A DNA stretch of 64,000 bases, taken from Carcharhinus amblyrhynchos. Its lineage: Eukaryota. Shown here piece after piece: positions 63,305 to 64,000 of this stretch (within the stretch, counting starts at the first letter, position 1; every line of letters begins with the position of its first letter). Position numbers and translations under genes: made by a program. Location of the stretch: assembly GCA_965287045.1 (NCBI GenBank), contig OZ336872.1:33666001-33730000 (forward strand), read 5' to 3'. A model generated the notes under the pieces. It searched no databases. It was not told where the DNA came from and was given only the letters and a program-made list of their open reading frames with translations.

Positions 63305-64000
63305 ACTGATTTTTGCACTTGGTTGGTTATCAGGAAACTGCAATGGCACTGACAGTGTAGAAGTGGTGGGAGCATAAATGATGTTGTTCTGAGGGAGGAC
63401 AGCAGGATCAGGCTGCACACATCCCCTGTCACTCTCCTGGCTGGTGCCTCAGCTGAAGTAATCTGCTGAAGAATAGATTGCTGGACATGCTGTGAGATCC
63501 TGAAAGCTCCTTTCAGCATTGTCATCAGCAGTCTGAGCCTGCAAGGCAACAAGTTGTGATTTCGTATCTCAGTCTGAACTTACACTGCAGCACTCCAATG
63601 TTGATTGTCCTCTGCTAGTGCTATAGTGGAAGAAGAGACAGCAGCTAGTTACCGCATTATAGTTGGCTCAGCTGGGGTTTGCTCTTAAGGGGTTGGCCAC
63701 CACTTCCATTCTGAAAAGGATGGGCTCCAAGGTCTACCCAAAGCTCTAAACCAAATTGGAGCTTGTTGTTTCCATGTTCCTTGGCATTGATAGAGAATTT
63801 CTGGTGGGTCAATGTACCAAACATTTCTGTGTGCATGGCCATCTGTCTATTTTTTTATATGTTGCCCTGCTGATGAGTTCTCTACAACCTTGTCTTGTTG
63901 AGAACTGGTGCCCACTGTATCTTTCCCCCACAACCTGGCTAAGGCCATGTGTATCCAGTGACTCAGCTCATGCAGATCTCAGTATGTGTTATCCTATAGA

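Noticed and set aside
34630-64000. Next PTPRG exon (FN3 domain, VCSSPP...)
   Set aside because: No matching coding sequence found by eye. Probably beyond the window end.

Overview
Vertebrate genomic DNA, most likely from an elasmobranch (shark), judging by the HE1/V-SINE-like, DeuSINE, CR1, Rex1, Penelope and Harbinger repeat content. The window lies inside a + strand PTPRG gene (receptor tyrosine phosphatase gamma). Three phase-compatible coding exons (10196-10262, 28726-28883, 34449-34629; probably equivalent to human exons 6-8) encode the C-terminal half of the carbonic-anhydrase-like domain. The rest is intron, heavily filled with nested transposon relics. These include a young CR1 family (one near-intact ORF2, one twin-primed inverted copy), Penelope-like elements whose pseudo-LTRs carry minimal hammerhead-ribozyme motifs with varying but still paired stem II, Harbinger relics and MITEs with 3-bp TSDs, a solo LTR and many SINEs. 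I found no clearly novel system. The best leads are the hammerhead/Penelope cluster, a possible intronic-polyadenylation (secreted CA-domain) isoform after the third exon, and inverted young CR1 copies flanking the exons. Family assignments are from recognition, not database searches, and many repeat boundaries are approximate.
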